This document shows, piece by piece, positions 21,373 through 32,032 of a DNA stretch of 64,000 nucleotides; within the stretch, counting starts at the first letter, position 1, and every line of letters begins with the position of its first letter. The translations under genes and the position numbers were made by a program. Source of the DNA: a virus. Below the pieces are notes generated by a model. The model had not been told where the DNA came from and did not search any database. It saw only the letters and a list, made by a program, of their open reading frames with translations. The stretch is taken from IMG/VR virus record IMGVR_UViG_3300045921_000191, positions 46,656 to 110,655 of that record; one strand, given 5' to 3'.

Positions 21373-21861
21373 TTATGAGATTACACCGCTAACTACTTGA
21401 GCATTTGTCATGATGTGATTAGCGATTGCAGTACATTTTGCAATCAAAACTGGAGTCGTTCCAGGATAACCTGCGGAGGATGCTACTAAAGTCGCCATAG
21501 CTGGACCGCTTAGTCCTGAGATAGTTCCTCCTAAAAAATAACTAGGACCAGGAGGAGTCGGGCCAGTATAGGTAACTATGCCAGACCCTTGTATATGTGC
21601 AACTATTCCAGTACAATAGCCTATTAGTGTTGGAGTAGTTCCTGGGTATCCCGCATATCCTGCAATCTTAGAAGCCATACTTAGGCCTGTCATTCCCGAA
21701 ATCGAGTGTGGTCCTGGGATGCCTCCAAAAGTAGCTACGCCATTCTGCGTCAATTCTTCCAATAATCCAGTGGCCCAACCCAGAACTTCTGCTGTGACAT
21801 CTCCAGGATGATTTAAGGCAGTAGCAACTTCAGAAGCTAGGAGAGTTGGAGATGTTGCCAT
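21373..21861 (-). CDS. Hypothetical baseplate-region protein (possible spike tip) with internal duplication
   Basis: Two ISG..G..MA......AGYPGTTP.LI..CT.I..HI repeats; downstream of the spike gene. Confidence 0.5.
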   Translation of the reverse strand: MATSPTLLASEVATALNHPGDVTAEVLGWATGLLEELTQNGVATFGGIPGPHSISGMTGLSMASKIAGYAGYPGTTPTLIGYCTGIVAHIQGSGIVTYTGPTPPGPSYFLGGTISGLSGPAMATLVASSAGYPGTTPVLIAKCTAIANHIMTNAQVVSGVIS

Positions 21862-22468
21862 TAATCCTCCGCATACTCAAAGTAATAACCTTTATGAGTC
21901 TTACGTTTTCCGTTTAAACAATTACAAACTTTTGATCGTGATAAACCTAAAGAGTCTGAGGCATCTGCTTGCGTTTCAAACAATCCAACAAAATCTCCCT
22001 TTTCTACCACAGACTTTCTCTTGCTCTCAAATCCTCTAGCAGGAGATACTAAAATCGCCTTAAATACTAAAATAGCTTTTCCTCCGCGTTCTCTGGAATG
22101 TTTTACTCTTGTTCCTGGAAGTTTATAATAAATATTTCTAAGAGTCTTTGATATCTTATTTTTAACTTTTTGGGTTCCAGCAAAACCATCTCCACCTAGC
22201 GATTCATTGTATCCAATTTTCATAGCATTTAGTTTCTTTATCCAATAACACTCTCGTTTGCAGGCTTTATACCTAGAACCGTTTACTTCCTCTATAATTT
22301 TCCATTTTATATTTTCAAAACCATATTTACGAATAGCACGATGGAAGGCCGTAGTTTGTCCTTTTTCAGCTTGATACTTGTGTCCTCTCTTTCTATTGTT
22401 TAAATTTTTAGTTAATCCTATATAGAATTTCCCAGATGGAGAAGTTGCTTTGTATATTAAAATCTCAT
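21861..22468 (-). pseudogene. GIY-YIG homing endonuclease with NUMOD1-type C-terminus, start codon out of frame
   Basis: The frame upstream of the listed 120-aa ORF reads LIYKATSPSGKFYIGLT...R...H...FHRAIRKYGFENI...E...GYN. The coupled ATG at 22468 gives ATG AGA TTT TAA. Confidence 0.8.
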
Positions 22469-23619
22469 AGAGAGCCTTTTATGCCATCTACTAGGCTTTT
22501 AATAGCGGATAAAGCTCCAGAGGCTGAGGACCAATCTCCTGCGGTGTCTGGAGGTGCGCTGGGATATCCGAGGTTAGATACGTGAGTATGTGTAGCTACC
22601 GTTCCAAATAAAGTAATTAACTCCTGAAGTGCGTCTGATATCTGCTGTAGTAATTCTGCACTTGAAGCTCCCAGAGCAATTTTGTCTCCAGTTATCTTCA
22701 GTTTTCCAGTGCCGTTATCTTTCAATTCGATGGTTCCAGAAGAGCCGTCTGCTAGAATTTTAGTTCCTCCAGCAGTCTGAATCAAAACCTTATCTCCAGC
22801 TCCATCACAAGTAATGACTAATCCTGATTGAAAAGTCAGAGTAGTTTTTTCTGCCGTGCCATCTAAAACTTCAACTACTTTAGCTGTTCCAGCTTTTCTA
22901 GTGATTTTTTTAGCTGGACGATCAAACTCCATCTGATTAATAAGAGTAGAACCCTCTTTTTGTTCTAAGGTAACTTTCTTAGTAACTCTGTCAACCAGTA
23001 GGGACTGGTTTTCATTATCTATGATTTTAAATCGACCTTGATTATCGATTGTAATTTGAGTTGGTCCAGTTGGTTGACGTACAAGTTTTGTGTCTGGAGT
23101 TCGGTTACTATTATAGGTAAGAATAAGAGCGCCCTCTTTATCTATCTCAAAAGTAAGACCCCTGAATTCAGCAATATTACGAATTCCGTCTGCTCTCTTT
23201 GCTCCATTCTTTTTAGGATGAGACAAGCTTCCGATGATTAAAGGCTTATCTATACTTGCATTTAAAAAAGCCAAAACAACAATAGTACCGTTTTTGTTTT
23301 TAAATAGATTGCTAGGATCTAGTTTTCCTTCAAAAGCAAACTCATTAGACTCTAGGATTTGCTCTGAGAAGTCATTCACTCCACCTAACAATTCCATTTT
23401 TCGAACATTTAGGAACTTACTCTGTCCACCTTTAGCATCTCTAACACTAACGTCGTATTCAACATATTGCTTAGATCGATTTGCAGGATCGTCTACGAAA
23501 TGGATCTTCTCGACTTGGCCGAGCATAAGTTGTGCTCCACCGTCGTAAACGGCGTCGCCATTAGGAGCTTCTTTGAAATTAAAATAACTACTTAAAATTG
23601 AACCGTCTCCAGATTTCAT
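22465..23619 (-). CDS. Baseplate central spike (gpV/gp5-like)
   Basis: N-terminal OB-like region (VVLAFLNASIDKPLIIG), beta-repeat stalk, THTH metal-binding apex motif. Confidence 0.8.
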   Translation of the reverse strand: MKSGDGSILSSYFNFKEAPNGDAVYDGGAQLMLGQVEKIHFVDDPANRSKQYVEYDVSVRDAKGGQSKFLNVRKMELLGGVNDFSEQILESNEFAFEGKLDPSNLFKNKNGTIVVLAFLNASIDKPLIIGSLSHPKKNGAKRADGIRNIAEFRGLTFEIDKEGALILTYNSNRTPDTKLVRQPTGPTQITIDNQGRFKIIDNENQSLLVDRVTKKVTLEQKEGSTLINQMEFDRPAKKITRKAGTAKVVEVLDGTAEKTTLTFQSGLVITCDGAGDKVLIQTAGGTKILADGSSGTIELKDNGTGKLKITGDKIALGASSAELLQQISDALQELITLFGTVATHTHVSNLGYPSAPPDTAGDWSSASGALSAIKSLVDGIKGSL

Positions 23620-25361
23620 CTGTTATTCTCCAAGATAGAAGTAGAAACACTAACAGGATCTTTATACCGACTAGAGGGTCCAATAAAGAATGCTTGTTCA
23701 TTAACTAATTTTTGTCCACGAGACACGCGTAATTCCGTAAGATATGATCTTGCTGCTGATAAAGAATCCACCTCATAAGTGTGTGTATATCCTTCGATGT
23801 GAAATAGCTGCTGCATATCGGAGATATATAAATTAGTCCCAAGTTCAACGTGCTCATCTATTCCATCAATTATCAAACTTCCATTAAACAATTGATGACT
23901 TAAAAAGAACCAATCTGCAATCAAATTCGTACAACGCTCGCAGTAGTTTTTTATACCCTCGGCTTCATCCAATACGTAAGCCGTCTGCGCCTGAATTGTC
24001 TTAAAGCCGTATCGTTGAATAGATGGAGTGTTGATTATCGACACAAAGGCAATGTCGTAAGTTTGAGAATCGACCCTAGGAACCACGATCACGTGGTTCA
24101 CTCTTTCAAAATCACTCTTTCCAATATTCTTTTGTCTAATTTCAGTGCTAGGAATAGTGTAACGAGGTAGATCTATAAAATAAGTTTTTTGATCGTCTGG
24201 AATTTTATCGTTAAATTTTGCGCCGTTGCCCCCTTTAGAAGGAGCGCGTGAACTGGCGTTAAATACGTTAGTCTCGTGGGCGGCTTTATTAGAAAAAGGT
24301 ATCTGACGATGAATAACGCTGGGTACTAGATTTCCTTTTGAATCCACAGTAAGATCTGTAAACAGCTCATTTACCGCTGCATTAGATAAAAAATGCATTA
24401 CAGACCAAATCGTTCCCGAAGCTGGCAAAGATTTTACCAGGCAAGCTCCTGGCAAGGCCCCTACTCCAGTAAACTTATTTTTTGAAAACTTATGCATTCC
24501 TATTTTAGAAGTGCTAAGAATATCTACAAAAGAGACCCCTTTGGATTTTATCTTTTCTCTAGGAAGAAATCTTTGTGCCAACTCTGCTGGTACATACCAG
24601 GCTTGATTATTCATGTTCAAAGAATCAAACTTTCCGCCCATATAAAAACTAATAACGTTCTTCATGACTGCATCTGGAGTAAAATTGCTTACAGAAGCTC
24701 TTTCATTTCCTTTTAGGATCTTGCTAGAATCAGTAAGAAAGTTTGCTCCGAGAAGTGTCTGGTAAGTTTGCTGGTTCAATTGGGGATTAAAAAATATGTC
24801 ATTATCAAACACTTTTCCCCAATCTCTTCCAGTAACCATATACTCTACTCTAGGTTTTCCTGTAGAAGGATCGTCAAATTCTATTAGACGAACTGTTTCT
24901 ACAATACCTAAAAACTTAAGACCGCTAGAGGGTTTTACGCTATCAACGTCAATAGATTCGTCGGCTCCGTTCTTTTTCATATAAATCATGATCCAGTCTC
25001 CTGGATGCACGGCTTCTATGTAATCTACTTTATCTTTTTGAAGTTGACCTTGCTTGATTTGCTTTCCTTGCTTTAAAGTTACCGAAAAAGTTCCGCTAGA
25101 GCCTTCCTTATCTTTACTTATTGTGCAACGAACTACGTCACTCTTAATTACTAGACGACTTCTAGTAGAGAAGTTTCCAGAAGCATCTCCAGAACCGCCT
25201 CCAGATATGCTGCGATCATTGCTTGCATTAACGCGAGTGAGTTTAGTAATGTCGGTTTGATCATAACGATAAATAACCACAATACACGAGGATCTCTGAG
25301 ATACGTTCATAGGAACTATCTTAGAAGCGTCTCGTCTTTGATCTTGAAATTTGACGGACAT
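23616..25361 (-). CDS. Baseplate hub protein (gp27-like)
   Basis: Lies between tape measure and spike; GTFSVTL, VTGRDWGKVF, SIQRYG, FHIEGYTH motifs. Confidence 0.75.
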   Translation of the reverse strand: MSVKFQDQRRDASKIVPMNVSQRSSCIVVIYRYDQTDITKLTRVNASNDRSISGGGSGDASGNFSTRSRLVIKSDVVRCTISKDKEGSSGTFSVTLKQGKQIKQGQLQKDKVDYIEAVHPGDWIMIYMKKNGADESIDVDSVKPSSGLKFLGIVETVRLIEFDDPSTGKPRVEYMVTGRDWGKVFDNDIFFNPQLNQQTYQTLLGANFLTDSSKILKGNERASVSNFTPDAVMKNVISFYMGGKFDSLNMNNQAWYVPAELAQRFLPREKIKSKGVSFVDILSTSKIGMHKFSKNKFTGVGALPGACLVKSLPASGTIWSVMHFLSNAAVNELFTDLTVDSKGNLVPSVIHRQIPFSNKAAHETNVFNASSRAPSKGGNGAKFNDKIPDDQKTYFIDLPRYTIPSTEIRQKNIGKSDFERVNHVIVVPRVDSQTYDIAFVSIINTPSIQRYGFKTIQAQTAYVLDEAEGIKNYCERCTNLIADWFFLSHQLFNGSLIIDGIDEHVELGTNLYISDMQQLFHIEGYTHTYEVDSLSAARSYLTELRVSRGQKLVNEQAFFIGPSSRYKDPVSVSTSILENNR

Positions 25362-27592
25362 TATTTCACTGGACCTTTAGTTAAGTTAGTTCTAGAACTT
25401 TCACTTATCATTTTTTTAAAAGCTTGTTGAGATTCTAAAAATACTTTGGTTAATTCTACTAATCCTTGAGCGGCACCTCTAATACCGTCATCGAAGGCTG
25501 AGAAACCTTGTTCAAACCTTTCCTGACTAATTCTGGACTCTACCTTAGCCATTTGTCCTTCTTTAGAATCAATCACTTCTTTTCTCATTGATTCGATTCC
25601 AACAGGTACATTTAAACTTGGTTTAGAGGATTGTGCGTCTCTAACTCCAAGACGTTGCTCCGTAGTAATACCTTGACTGTATGCTCCAAAAGCTAGACCC
25701 ATAGAAGAGTCTGGATCTATACCAGCCAGTTTTAAACCTTCATTTAAATTATTTCTTTTTCGCTCAACCAATTGTTGTGCTTGTTCTTTAGTTATTCCTA
25801 AAGCTTTTTGAGTATCTTCTACTGTGGCGTCTTGAGACAGATTCATAGCTGCCATAATTTGGCCAGGCGTTGCATCTTTTCCTAGAACATCTTGTATAGC
25901 CGTAATGTTTCCTATTCCAGCAAAACCTGTGGTAGAAATAGACTCTGATTTAGATAACTCACTCAATGACTGCGCTTGCTGCATTGCTTGGGAAGTGATG
26001 GGACCTCCAGCCGCAAAGCCTTGAGCCATATCTATCATTCGGTTAGAAATACCGCCAGTGTCTACTCTTCCAAAACCAGCGCTTGATTGTACATAATCGG
26101 CGGTAGTTCTCATGAATTGAGAAGTTTTACTTCTATCTAATCCAGCGCTAATTGCTCGTTCTATGATTTGAGTTTGTTGAGTTGCCGCTCTTGCGAATCC
26201 TTGTCCTCGTTGACCAGTTCCAGCGAAGGTTTCAATTACGGAAGCTTGAGAACCGACATCCATACCCGTTGCTCTAGATATATCTTGCATTTTTGCTAAG
26301 TTATCTTTTGCTCCTTGATTTCCTAAAAAGCCCCTAGCTTGTGTAAATTGACTTAAAGTTTCTTCGGGAGAAAAGGCATTCCTATTGCCTGTAGATTGCA
26401 TGCTTGTCAAGTCCGAGGAATTAATTCCTCCACCTTGCAAAGCATTTAGTCTAGAAGGGTTTAAACTTTTAGCATATTGAAAAGATCTAGATAATGGGGC
26501 TACTTCTTGGTTTCTCCAATCTCCTTGAAGATTAGATCCTGTCATATATCCGCCTATGCCACCAGCTACCCCTCCTATTGCTCCGAGAGCTAACATTCCA
26601 GGTATTCCTAGAAAAGCTCCAACTTTAGCTCCCGTAGCTGCTCCTACTGCAGCTCCGCCTGCTGCTAAACCCCACTTAGTAGGGCTATTCTCATCCCTAC
26701 CAAATTGAGTTGCTTGAGCGCCTATGTAATCCCCGCTCTCTATATCTTGAGCAAATCGTTGTTTTCTCTCTAAATCCATAGTACGAAGTTTATGTAATCC
26801 CAAAACTGTTCCAGTAATGACTGTTCCAGCAGCTCCCATTCCAGAACTAATAGATCCAGCATTTACTCTATTTGATTTTTTTGCTAACTCTCTAGCGTCT
26901 TCTGGACTCATGCCAACAGTTCTACCTATAGAGGCTACGGCTGATCTATCTAATTTAGAATTTTCAGTGGCTTGCTCTAATCGTTTTTGACGCAAAGTTT
27001 CAAGATTCTTAATGTTTTGATCAAGATCTTTTTTACGATCTTTTTCTTTTTGAGATTCAAGTTTCAGATGATCTCTTTGTTGAATTTTAGAAAGCTTTTC
27101 TTTTTCTCGTTTTTCTAGTTCAATGCCTTTCAGTTTTTCTTTTATAGACGCGGCGAGTTCTTTATCATGTTGATCCCAAGACTTCTGATTTATTTTTTCA
27201 AGAGTTTGACTAATCCGAGCTTGTTCTCGTAACTCTTTATTGCGAGCTTGATCGGCAAGTTTTTCCTGCTTAGCCATTCTTCTAGCTTCTTGCCTTGAAG
27301 AGTCACGATTAATATCGTAATCTTCTCCTAGCATTGAATGGCGACGACTTGAACGTCTTCCACTAGAACCACCACCGCCGACGCTCATATTAGAGCCTTG
27401 CACTGCTTTCTTAAGCTCTTCTGCAAAACCTTTCGCAATATTTTTAAACTCATTCTTAATAGAAGTAGTATCTTGAGAAGAAAGGCTGAGGCCAGCTTTC
27501 AATTCATTTTTGAGAGTTGCTATCTCTTTTTTTAAGGCAGCAGAGTCTAGCGTGGCCTTGATAACTAGTTGTTTTTTAATATCATTTGCCAT
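25361..27592 (-). CDS. Tail tape measure protein (likely start ATG 27592, TAATG overlap)
   Basis: Helical K/E/A-rich sequence, Gly/Ala hydrophobic segment, follows the chaperones. Confidence 0.85.
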   Translation of the reverse strand: MANDIKKQLVIKATLDSAALKKEIATLKNELKAGLSLSSQDTTSIKNEFKNIAKGFAEELKKAVQGSNMSVGGGGSSGRRSSRRHSMLGEDYDINRDSSRQEARRMAKQEKLADQARNKELREQARISQTLEKINQKSWDQHDKELAASIKEKLKGIELEKREKEKLSKIQQRDHLKLESQKEKDRKKDLDQNIKNLETLRQKRLEQATENSKLDRSAVASIGRTVGMSPEDARELAKKSNRVNAGSISSGMGAAGTVITGTVLGLHKLRTMDLERKQRFAQDIESGDYIGAQATQFGRDENSPTKWGLAAGGAAVGAATGAKVGAFLGIPGMLALGAIGGVAGGIGGYMTGSNLQGDWRNQEVAPLSRSFQYAKSLNPSRLNALQGGGINSSDLTSMQSTGNRNAFSPEETLSQFTQARGFLGNQGAKDNLAKMQDISRATGMDVGSQASVIETFAGTGQRGQGFARAATQQTQIIERAISAGLDRSKTSQFMRTTADYVQSSAGFGRVDTGGISNRMIDMAQGFAAGGPITSQAMQQAQSLSELSKSESISTTGFAGIGNITAIQDVLGKDATPGQIMAAMNLSQDATVEDTQKALGITKEQAQQLVERKRNNLNEGLKLAGIDPDSSMGLAFGAYSQGITTEQRLGVRDAQSSKPSLNVPVGIESMRKEVIDSKEGQMAKVESRISQERFEQGFSAFDDGIRGAAQGLVELTKVFLESQQAFKKMISESSRTNLTKGPVK

Positions 27593-28035
27593 TACTCTTC
27601 TTCCCACTGTCGTAATTGACTGAAATCAGTAGTGATTTTGTCAGGCAGTTCTTCTGTCTTGATCTTAGCTTCTTCTTCTGCTTGTTCCCGTTTGTCAGCA
27701 GAAGCTTTATCATATTCTAACACTTGCTCGACCATTTGTTCATCACTGATGTAGGAATCGCCCATCTCCTTTCTAAGCCATTCTTCATAGCTCTTAACAT
27801 CTGGATTGAACGTTTCTTCAACAATCTCTGGATTATCTTTGACGCGATGCATCTGATGAAGCACAAGAAGTTCTTCTAAAGTCAAATCAAGTAATCTAGG
27901 ATCTTTGAGCGTAGTGTTGAATTTGAAAGCGAACCAAGCTTTTAGCTGCCTTTCCAGGCCATCAAAAGTAGTAGTGTCCGCATTCACGTGCGCGTCGGCG
28001 ATCCTTAAGAAGTTAAGGAGACCGTACTTAGACAT
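27592..28035 (-). CDS. Tail assembly chaperone (second)
   Basis: Position before the tape measure; W...KF....DPRLLDLT.EE motif. Confidence 0.7.
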   Translation of the reverse strand: MSKYGLLNFLRIADAHVNADTTTFDGLERQLKAWFAFKFNTTLKDPRLLDLTLEELLVLHQMHRVKDNPEIVEETFNPDVKSYEEWLRKEMGDSYISDEQMVEQVLEYDKASADKREQAEEEAKIKTEELPDKITTDFSQLRQWEEE

Positions 28036-28038
28036 TGT

Positions 28039-28455
28039 TTACTCTTTCTTTTTTTGCTTTTCTTTAATTTCTTTCTCGGCTTCTTTTTGGGCTTCTTCTT
28101 GCCCGCCCCAAACCTTATCTTTCCAAGCTTTCTCAAACTTCATAGTTTCAGCATAAATAGCTAAAATAATATTAAAATCATATAGTTCCATTCCTGAATC
28201 ACTTTTCTTCCACCAATCAGGGGAATCTATGATCGTATAATAAAGCCATGCGATTGCGAAATGCAAGTCTCGCACGTCATCTGGAAGGAATTTGATATCT
28301 TCGTTGAGTTTGGATTCGAGCTTAGCAATTTGCGATTTGGCTCGTAGATTAGGACGACGATAAGTAAATGATCCCTCGTAAAGGGCTACTCCGCTTTCGT
28401 GTTTACCTTCAATCTTGACCGAAAAGGTGTGTTCCATTGATGGAAGCTCTTTCAT
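28039..28455 (-). CDS. Tail assembly chaperone
   Basis: YEGSFTYRRP...IIDSPDWW; lies between tube and tape measure. Confidence 0.75.
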   Translation of the reverse strand: MKELPSMEHTFSVKIEGKHESGVALYEGSFTYRRPNLRAKSQIAKLESKLNEDIKFLPDDVRDLHFAIAWLYYTIIDSPDWWKKSDSGMELYDFNIILAIYAETMKFEKAWKDKVWGGQEEAQKEAEKEIKEKQKKKE

Positions 28456-28503
28456 AATTTTCTCCTTATTTTCGTATACTTATATAATTGCGTTACCGCT
28501 CTT

Positions 28504-28532
28504 ATATTATACCACAAAAGTAAAGGAGTCAA
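28504..28532 (-). promoter_or_regulatory. Sigma70-like promoter upstream of the chaperones
   Basis: TTGACT-17-TAATAT (TATAAT at spacer 15), just after the tube terminator. Confidence 0.5.
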
Positions 28533-28539
28533 GTACTTG

Positions 28540-28579
28540 AAAAAGAAATAGGCCCTGACCCGTGCAAGGGATCAGAGCC
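28540..28579 (-). terminator. Intrinsic terminator after the tail tube gene
   Basis: GGCTCTGATCC..GGGTCAGGGCC stem followed by TATTTCTTTTT. Confidence 0.8.
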
Positions 28580-28621
28580 TCCAGGAAATCGTATTACTCA
28601 GACTAGCCGAGGGTCGAATTT

Positions 28622-29035
28622 TTAAGCGCCAGCTTCAGTAGACTGTTTGATGCCGACAAACGATAGGGTCAATTGGCCCAAGTTACGAGCGTCGATGTTC
28701 AAGTCTTCTTGAGTACACTTAACGCGTTCGATCAAAAAGAGCGAAGCGCCAGTAATACGGTCAATCAACTCAGCAGTAAGTTCTGGCTGAGTAAGGATGT
28801 TTTGCAACTTAGGACGAAGGCCCAAGCTGATAGCATCTTGATTTGATACGCGGAAAAGCGTCGCAGTGAAGTTTACAGTGTATCCAGTTTCAGCGTATTC
28901 TGCTGGTTCCAACTGATCGAGAACATCGACTGGTTGGTGAGCATGAGCTACGGTGTAGCTGATAGCGTTTGCGAAGGCGATCTTAGTTCCGTTAACTCGG
29001 AATACTACTCTTGCGCCTGTTGAAGTTTGACTCAT
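28622..29035 (-). CDS. Tail tube protein
   Basis: TGARVVFRVNG.KIAFA...PVDVL...PAEY; 137 aa; near the sheath gene and followed by a terminator. Confidence 0.85.
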   Translation of the reverse strand: MSQTSTGARVVFRVNGTKIAFANAISYTVAHAHQPVDVLDQLEPAEYAETGYTVNFTATLFRVSNQDAISLGLRPKLQNILTQPELTAELIDRITGASLFLIERVKCTQEDLNIDARNLGQLTLSFVGIKQSTEAGA

Positions 29036-29091
29036 CTTATATCTCCTTTACTACCCCATATTTCAGGCAGGGGGTTAACGATCTTTTTGCC

Positions 29092-29937
29092 TTATTCTTC
29101 AATTGCCGCTTTCAATTCGGAAGCAGCTTCTTTATCCGCTAGGGCAATTGCCATAACGTCTTCGGAACGTTTAGAAACTTTGTTTTCATTTGATGCAGCT
29201 TTGGCAGCAGCAAGGGCTGCTTGAGCTTCAGCGAGAGCTTCTTCAAGTTGCTCTAGGTCATCCGATTCATCGGCTCCGTTAGCAAAAGTTGCAACTTCTC
29301 CATCGCCTTCTCCTGCATCAGCAAGCGCGGTAGCATCTCCACCAGCGGCAGTTTGAAGTTCTCTCAATGAACTGGAATCAGCAAGAACAACATTCTTACC
29401 AACGACAGCTCCAGTATTGATAAGTTCCGCTAACTCGGCAGTAGTAAGATCTACGGGAGTGGCGGAATTATTAGTTCCATCATTAGGAGTAATTGTCAGT
29501 ACAATAGCGTCAGCCGTGCCAGTGAAAGCTGCAAGAACTTCATCATCATCATTGGCAGCGGCGGCAAGTACTTGTAGAGTAAAGGTGTCGCCGTTTCTGG
29601 CAGCACCTTTGGCAGCAGAGGTCAGCGTAATGTCAGCAGTAAGATCAAGAACAGCTTCAGCGGCCACAGCAGGCTCATACGCGTCCAAGGCATCTTGAGC
29701 AGCCTCAACTGCGTCTTCTGCGTCAGAAATATTAGAAATATCTTCCGCTAGTTCTGCGAGAAGATCGCGAGCTATTTCAGCAGCGGCTTTTTTATCAGCC
29801 ATTGCAATTTCAAGTTCTCGCAATTCTCTTTTACTAAGGACTGCGTTTGCTTCAATCTTGGCAAGCAAAGCATCAGCAGCTTTATTGCTGCCCATTGCCA
29901 TGTCCAATCGGTATTTAGTATCTTTACTTAGTGCCAT
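29092..29937 (-). CDS. Hypothetical structural protein between sheath and tube
   Basis: Three SK....L.xAMADK.AA helical repeats flanking a coiled coil and a beta insert. Confidence 0.55.
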   Translation of the reverse strand: MALSKDTKYRLDMAMGSNKAADALLAKIEANAVLSKRELRELEIAMADKKAAAEIARDLLAELAEDISNISDAEDAVEAAQDALDAYEPAVAAEAVLDLTADITLTSAAKGAARNGDTFTLQVLAAAANDDDEVLAAFTGTADAIVLTITPNDGTNNSATPVDLTTAELAELINTGAVVGKNVVLADSSSLRELQTAAGGDATALADAGEGDGEVATFANGADESDDLEQLEEALAEAQAALAAAKAASNENKVSKRSEDVMAIALADKEAASELKAAIEE

Positions 29938-29946
29938 GTTTATTCC

Positions 29947-31758
29947 TTACGCCGATTGACGGATGTTATCGAGCGTGATTCGGTTAAGGATGAAGTCGAT
30001 ACCTTGAACTGGGGTAATGGTGATGTCAACAAAAGCGGTATTACCGTTAATCGTAACAACAAGATCTTTCCAGCCTAGGCCTTCGTTTGTATCATCGCCG
30101 ACAATGATCTCATCCCGAAGAAATAGAGACATAATCGAGATAACAGTGTTTTTAATAGCGACAGCCGAACCAGTACGAACTTTATCACCGACAAAGATAG
30201 CTTCAAGTTGTTGACGTAAGTTGTAAGCAACATAGTCAGCAGCATAAAGAACCGATACTCGGTTAAATACAAAGTTAGCATCAAGGCCGTAAGTAGTGTT
30301 ATGAACAACTACTCGGAAACCGCCAGTATCGCGCTCTTCGAGAGGCAATAGACCAGCGTCGATAGCAAGGTCAACTTGCGTCTTAGGGTTGTAGTCTTGG
30401 TGACGAAGACCGCTTGCATTGATCCCTTTGAAAGTAGCAGGGGTTCCAACGTCAGTTCCTGACTGAATACCAGCGAGCATAGCGCCTGCTGCCCAAGGAT
30501 CAAGAAACACTAGATCTCCAGAGGAGTTAGTGGTTTCAACGTCTTGGAACAACATCGAAGCTCGTTCGTGCGACAGATCTCGAGCGGCTTGTTGAGTTGC
30601 TGCAAAAGAAGCTTTCTTAGAAACGTAACAGTTACGTTCAGAACGGTTCTTAGTATTAGATGCTACGATACAGTGTTGAAGCGCTTGCGCGTTTACAGCA
30701 TCAACTGTAAAAGTAGAAGCGGGGTCAGTTTCGCCAATCGAAATCAATTCCGATGCGTCTCTAGAAACTAGAGGAAGAACGGTATTGCAACGAGTGGCAA
30801 GAAGTGCGTCAAAGCCTGCTTGAAAGCTAGAGTTTGCAGATGCTCCGCGAGAACCTCCTGCCAAGAATGCAGAAATGTTCACAGGAAGGCCTTCAACATC
30901 CGCCGCTATAGAGGCTTCTACAAGTTGAGATTCTGTGGCAATAATGTCCAGAAGCTCTTGTTGTGCTCGGCGCAAAGTCTTAGCAGAAGTGATGTCTAGA
31001 GCAGTGCTAATCCAATCTAACGAATTAGCTGGAGTTCCAGAAGCTTTGCTGTAAGTAGTAGTACAAGTATATGATGGGTGGTTTTCGATAATATCTACAA
31101 GACTGCGAACTGTTTTTCCAGAAAGTACGATGCTAAGATTGTCGGCTGGAATGGAAGCAGAAGCAGTGGTAGTTACCAATCGTTTTTGACCACTTACTGT
31201 TTTAATTTCAAGATCGCAAACAGTTGCAGCGCCAGTGTATTGAATGCTTAGAATAGCGTCGTAAGCGTTTTCAGAAAGGTTTTCAGTGACGCCGCCTTTT
31301 TTAATCGTTAGAACTTTGTTATTAGCAGAAGTACCATTTGCAATAGTAACTTGGATAAGATTTTCATCTTCGCCCCAGTTTGCTGAAGTAAGAGTCAGCA
31401 AGTTAGCGGAAGCTGCGTTTTGAAAAACCCTAGAAGCTTTTGTGCTTGAGTTGGTTTTCCAAACTCGAATTTGAGATGCACCGTTAGTTACGCGATTATC
31501 ACGAGCAGGAGAAACAAGAATTCGAGCTGCATCTACGATAGGACCCTCTTTGTAAAGTTCTACGAGAGCTGCGATGTCTTCGCTAGTAAAGGTTTGAACT
31601 CCAGCACTTGAACCAGGTTCACCGCCAGAGGCTTCGCCCACAATCGCAACTACTCCAGTAGGAGATAGCGGAAAGCCGCCAGTAAGATTTACTCGTGTTC
31701 GCGAGTAAGCTCCAGGCTTCCTTAGCGATGCTCCATTAAAATTTTGACTAATAGCCAT
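29947..31758 (-). CDS. Contractile tail sheath protein
   Basis: FNGASLRKPGAYS, VAIVGEASGGEP, GTPATFK, C-terminal ITPVQGIDFI. Confidence 0.93.
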   Translation of the reverse strand: MAISQNFNGASLRKPGAYSRTRVNLTGGFPLSPTGVVAIVGEASGGEPGSSAGVQTFTSEDIAALVELYKEGPIVDAARILVSPARDNRVTNGASQIRVWKTNSSTKASRVFQNAASANLLTLTSANWGEDENLIQVTIANGTSANNKVLTIKKGGVTENLSENAYDAILSIQYTGAATVCDLEIKTVSGQKRLVTTTASASIPADNLSIVLSGKTVRSLVDIIENHPSYTCTTTYSKASGTPANSLDWISTALDITSAKTLRRAQQELLDIIATESQLVEASIAADVEGLPVNISAFLAGGSRGASANSSFQAGFDALLATRCNTVLPLVSRDASELISIGETDPASTFTVDAVNAQALQHCIVASNTKNRSERNCYVSKKASFAATQQAARDLSHERASMLFQDVETTNSSGDLVFLDPWAAGAMLAGIQSGTDVGTPATFKGINASGLRHQDYNPKTQVDLAIDAGLLPLEERDTGGFRVVVHNTTYGLDANFVFNRVSVLYAADYVAYNLRQQLEAIFVGDKVRTGSAVAIKNTVISIMSLFLRDEIIVGDDTNEGLGWKDLVVTINGNTAFVDITITPVQGIDFILNRITLDNIRQSA

Positions 31759-31771
31759 GTGTATTCCTCAC

Positions 31772-32032
31772 TTAGTATGTCTTCAATATCTGCTCGAACT
31801 TCTCTTTCGATACTTCATTCATTATACCTTGAGATTCAACATACTTTCTCATAGGCACTTTATGATGTTCCAGAACTTTTCCTTGTCTAAGGAGACTCTG
31901 AAAGAAGGCGTCAAAGCTGATAAGTTCTTCTGTTTCGACTTCTTCCGAAGTCAGGTTAAGTTCTTGTTTTTCTTCTAATTCTTGTAGCTTATCAGCATTA
32001 TTTTCGTAGCGTCGAGATTTTCGGTTTTCCAT
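31772..32032 (-). CDS. Small hypothetical protein before the sheath
   Basis: AAGGAG RBS; occupies a position conserved in SPO1/Twort-like modules. Confidence 0.6.
   Translation of the reverse strand: MENRKSRRYENNADKLQELEEKQELNLTSEEVETEELISFDAFFQSLLRQGKVLEHHKVPMRKYVESQGIMNEVSKEKFEQILKTY

Noticed and set aside
28036-28056. A_AAA_AAG slippery heptamer at the end of the first tail chaperone (lambda G/GT-type frameshift)
   Set aside because: The second chaperone is in the same frame (TAA ACA ATG). A -1 shift reaches TAA within a few codons and gives no fusion.
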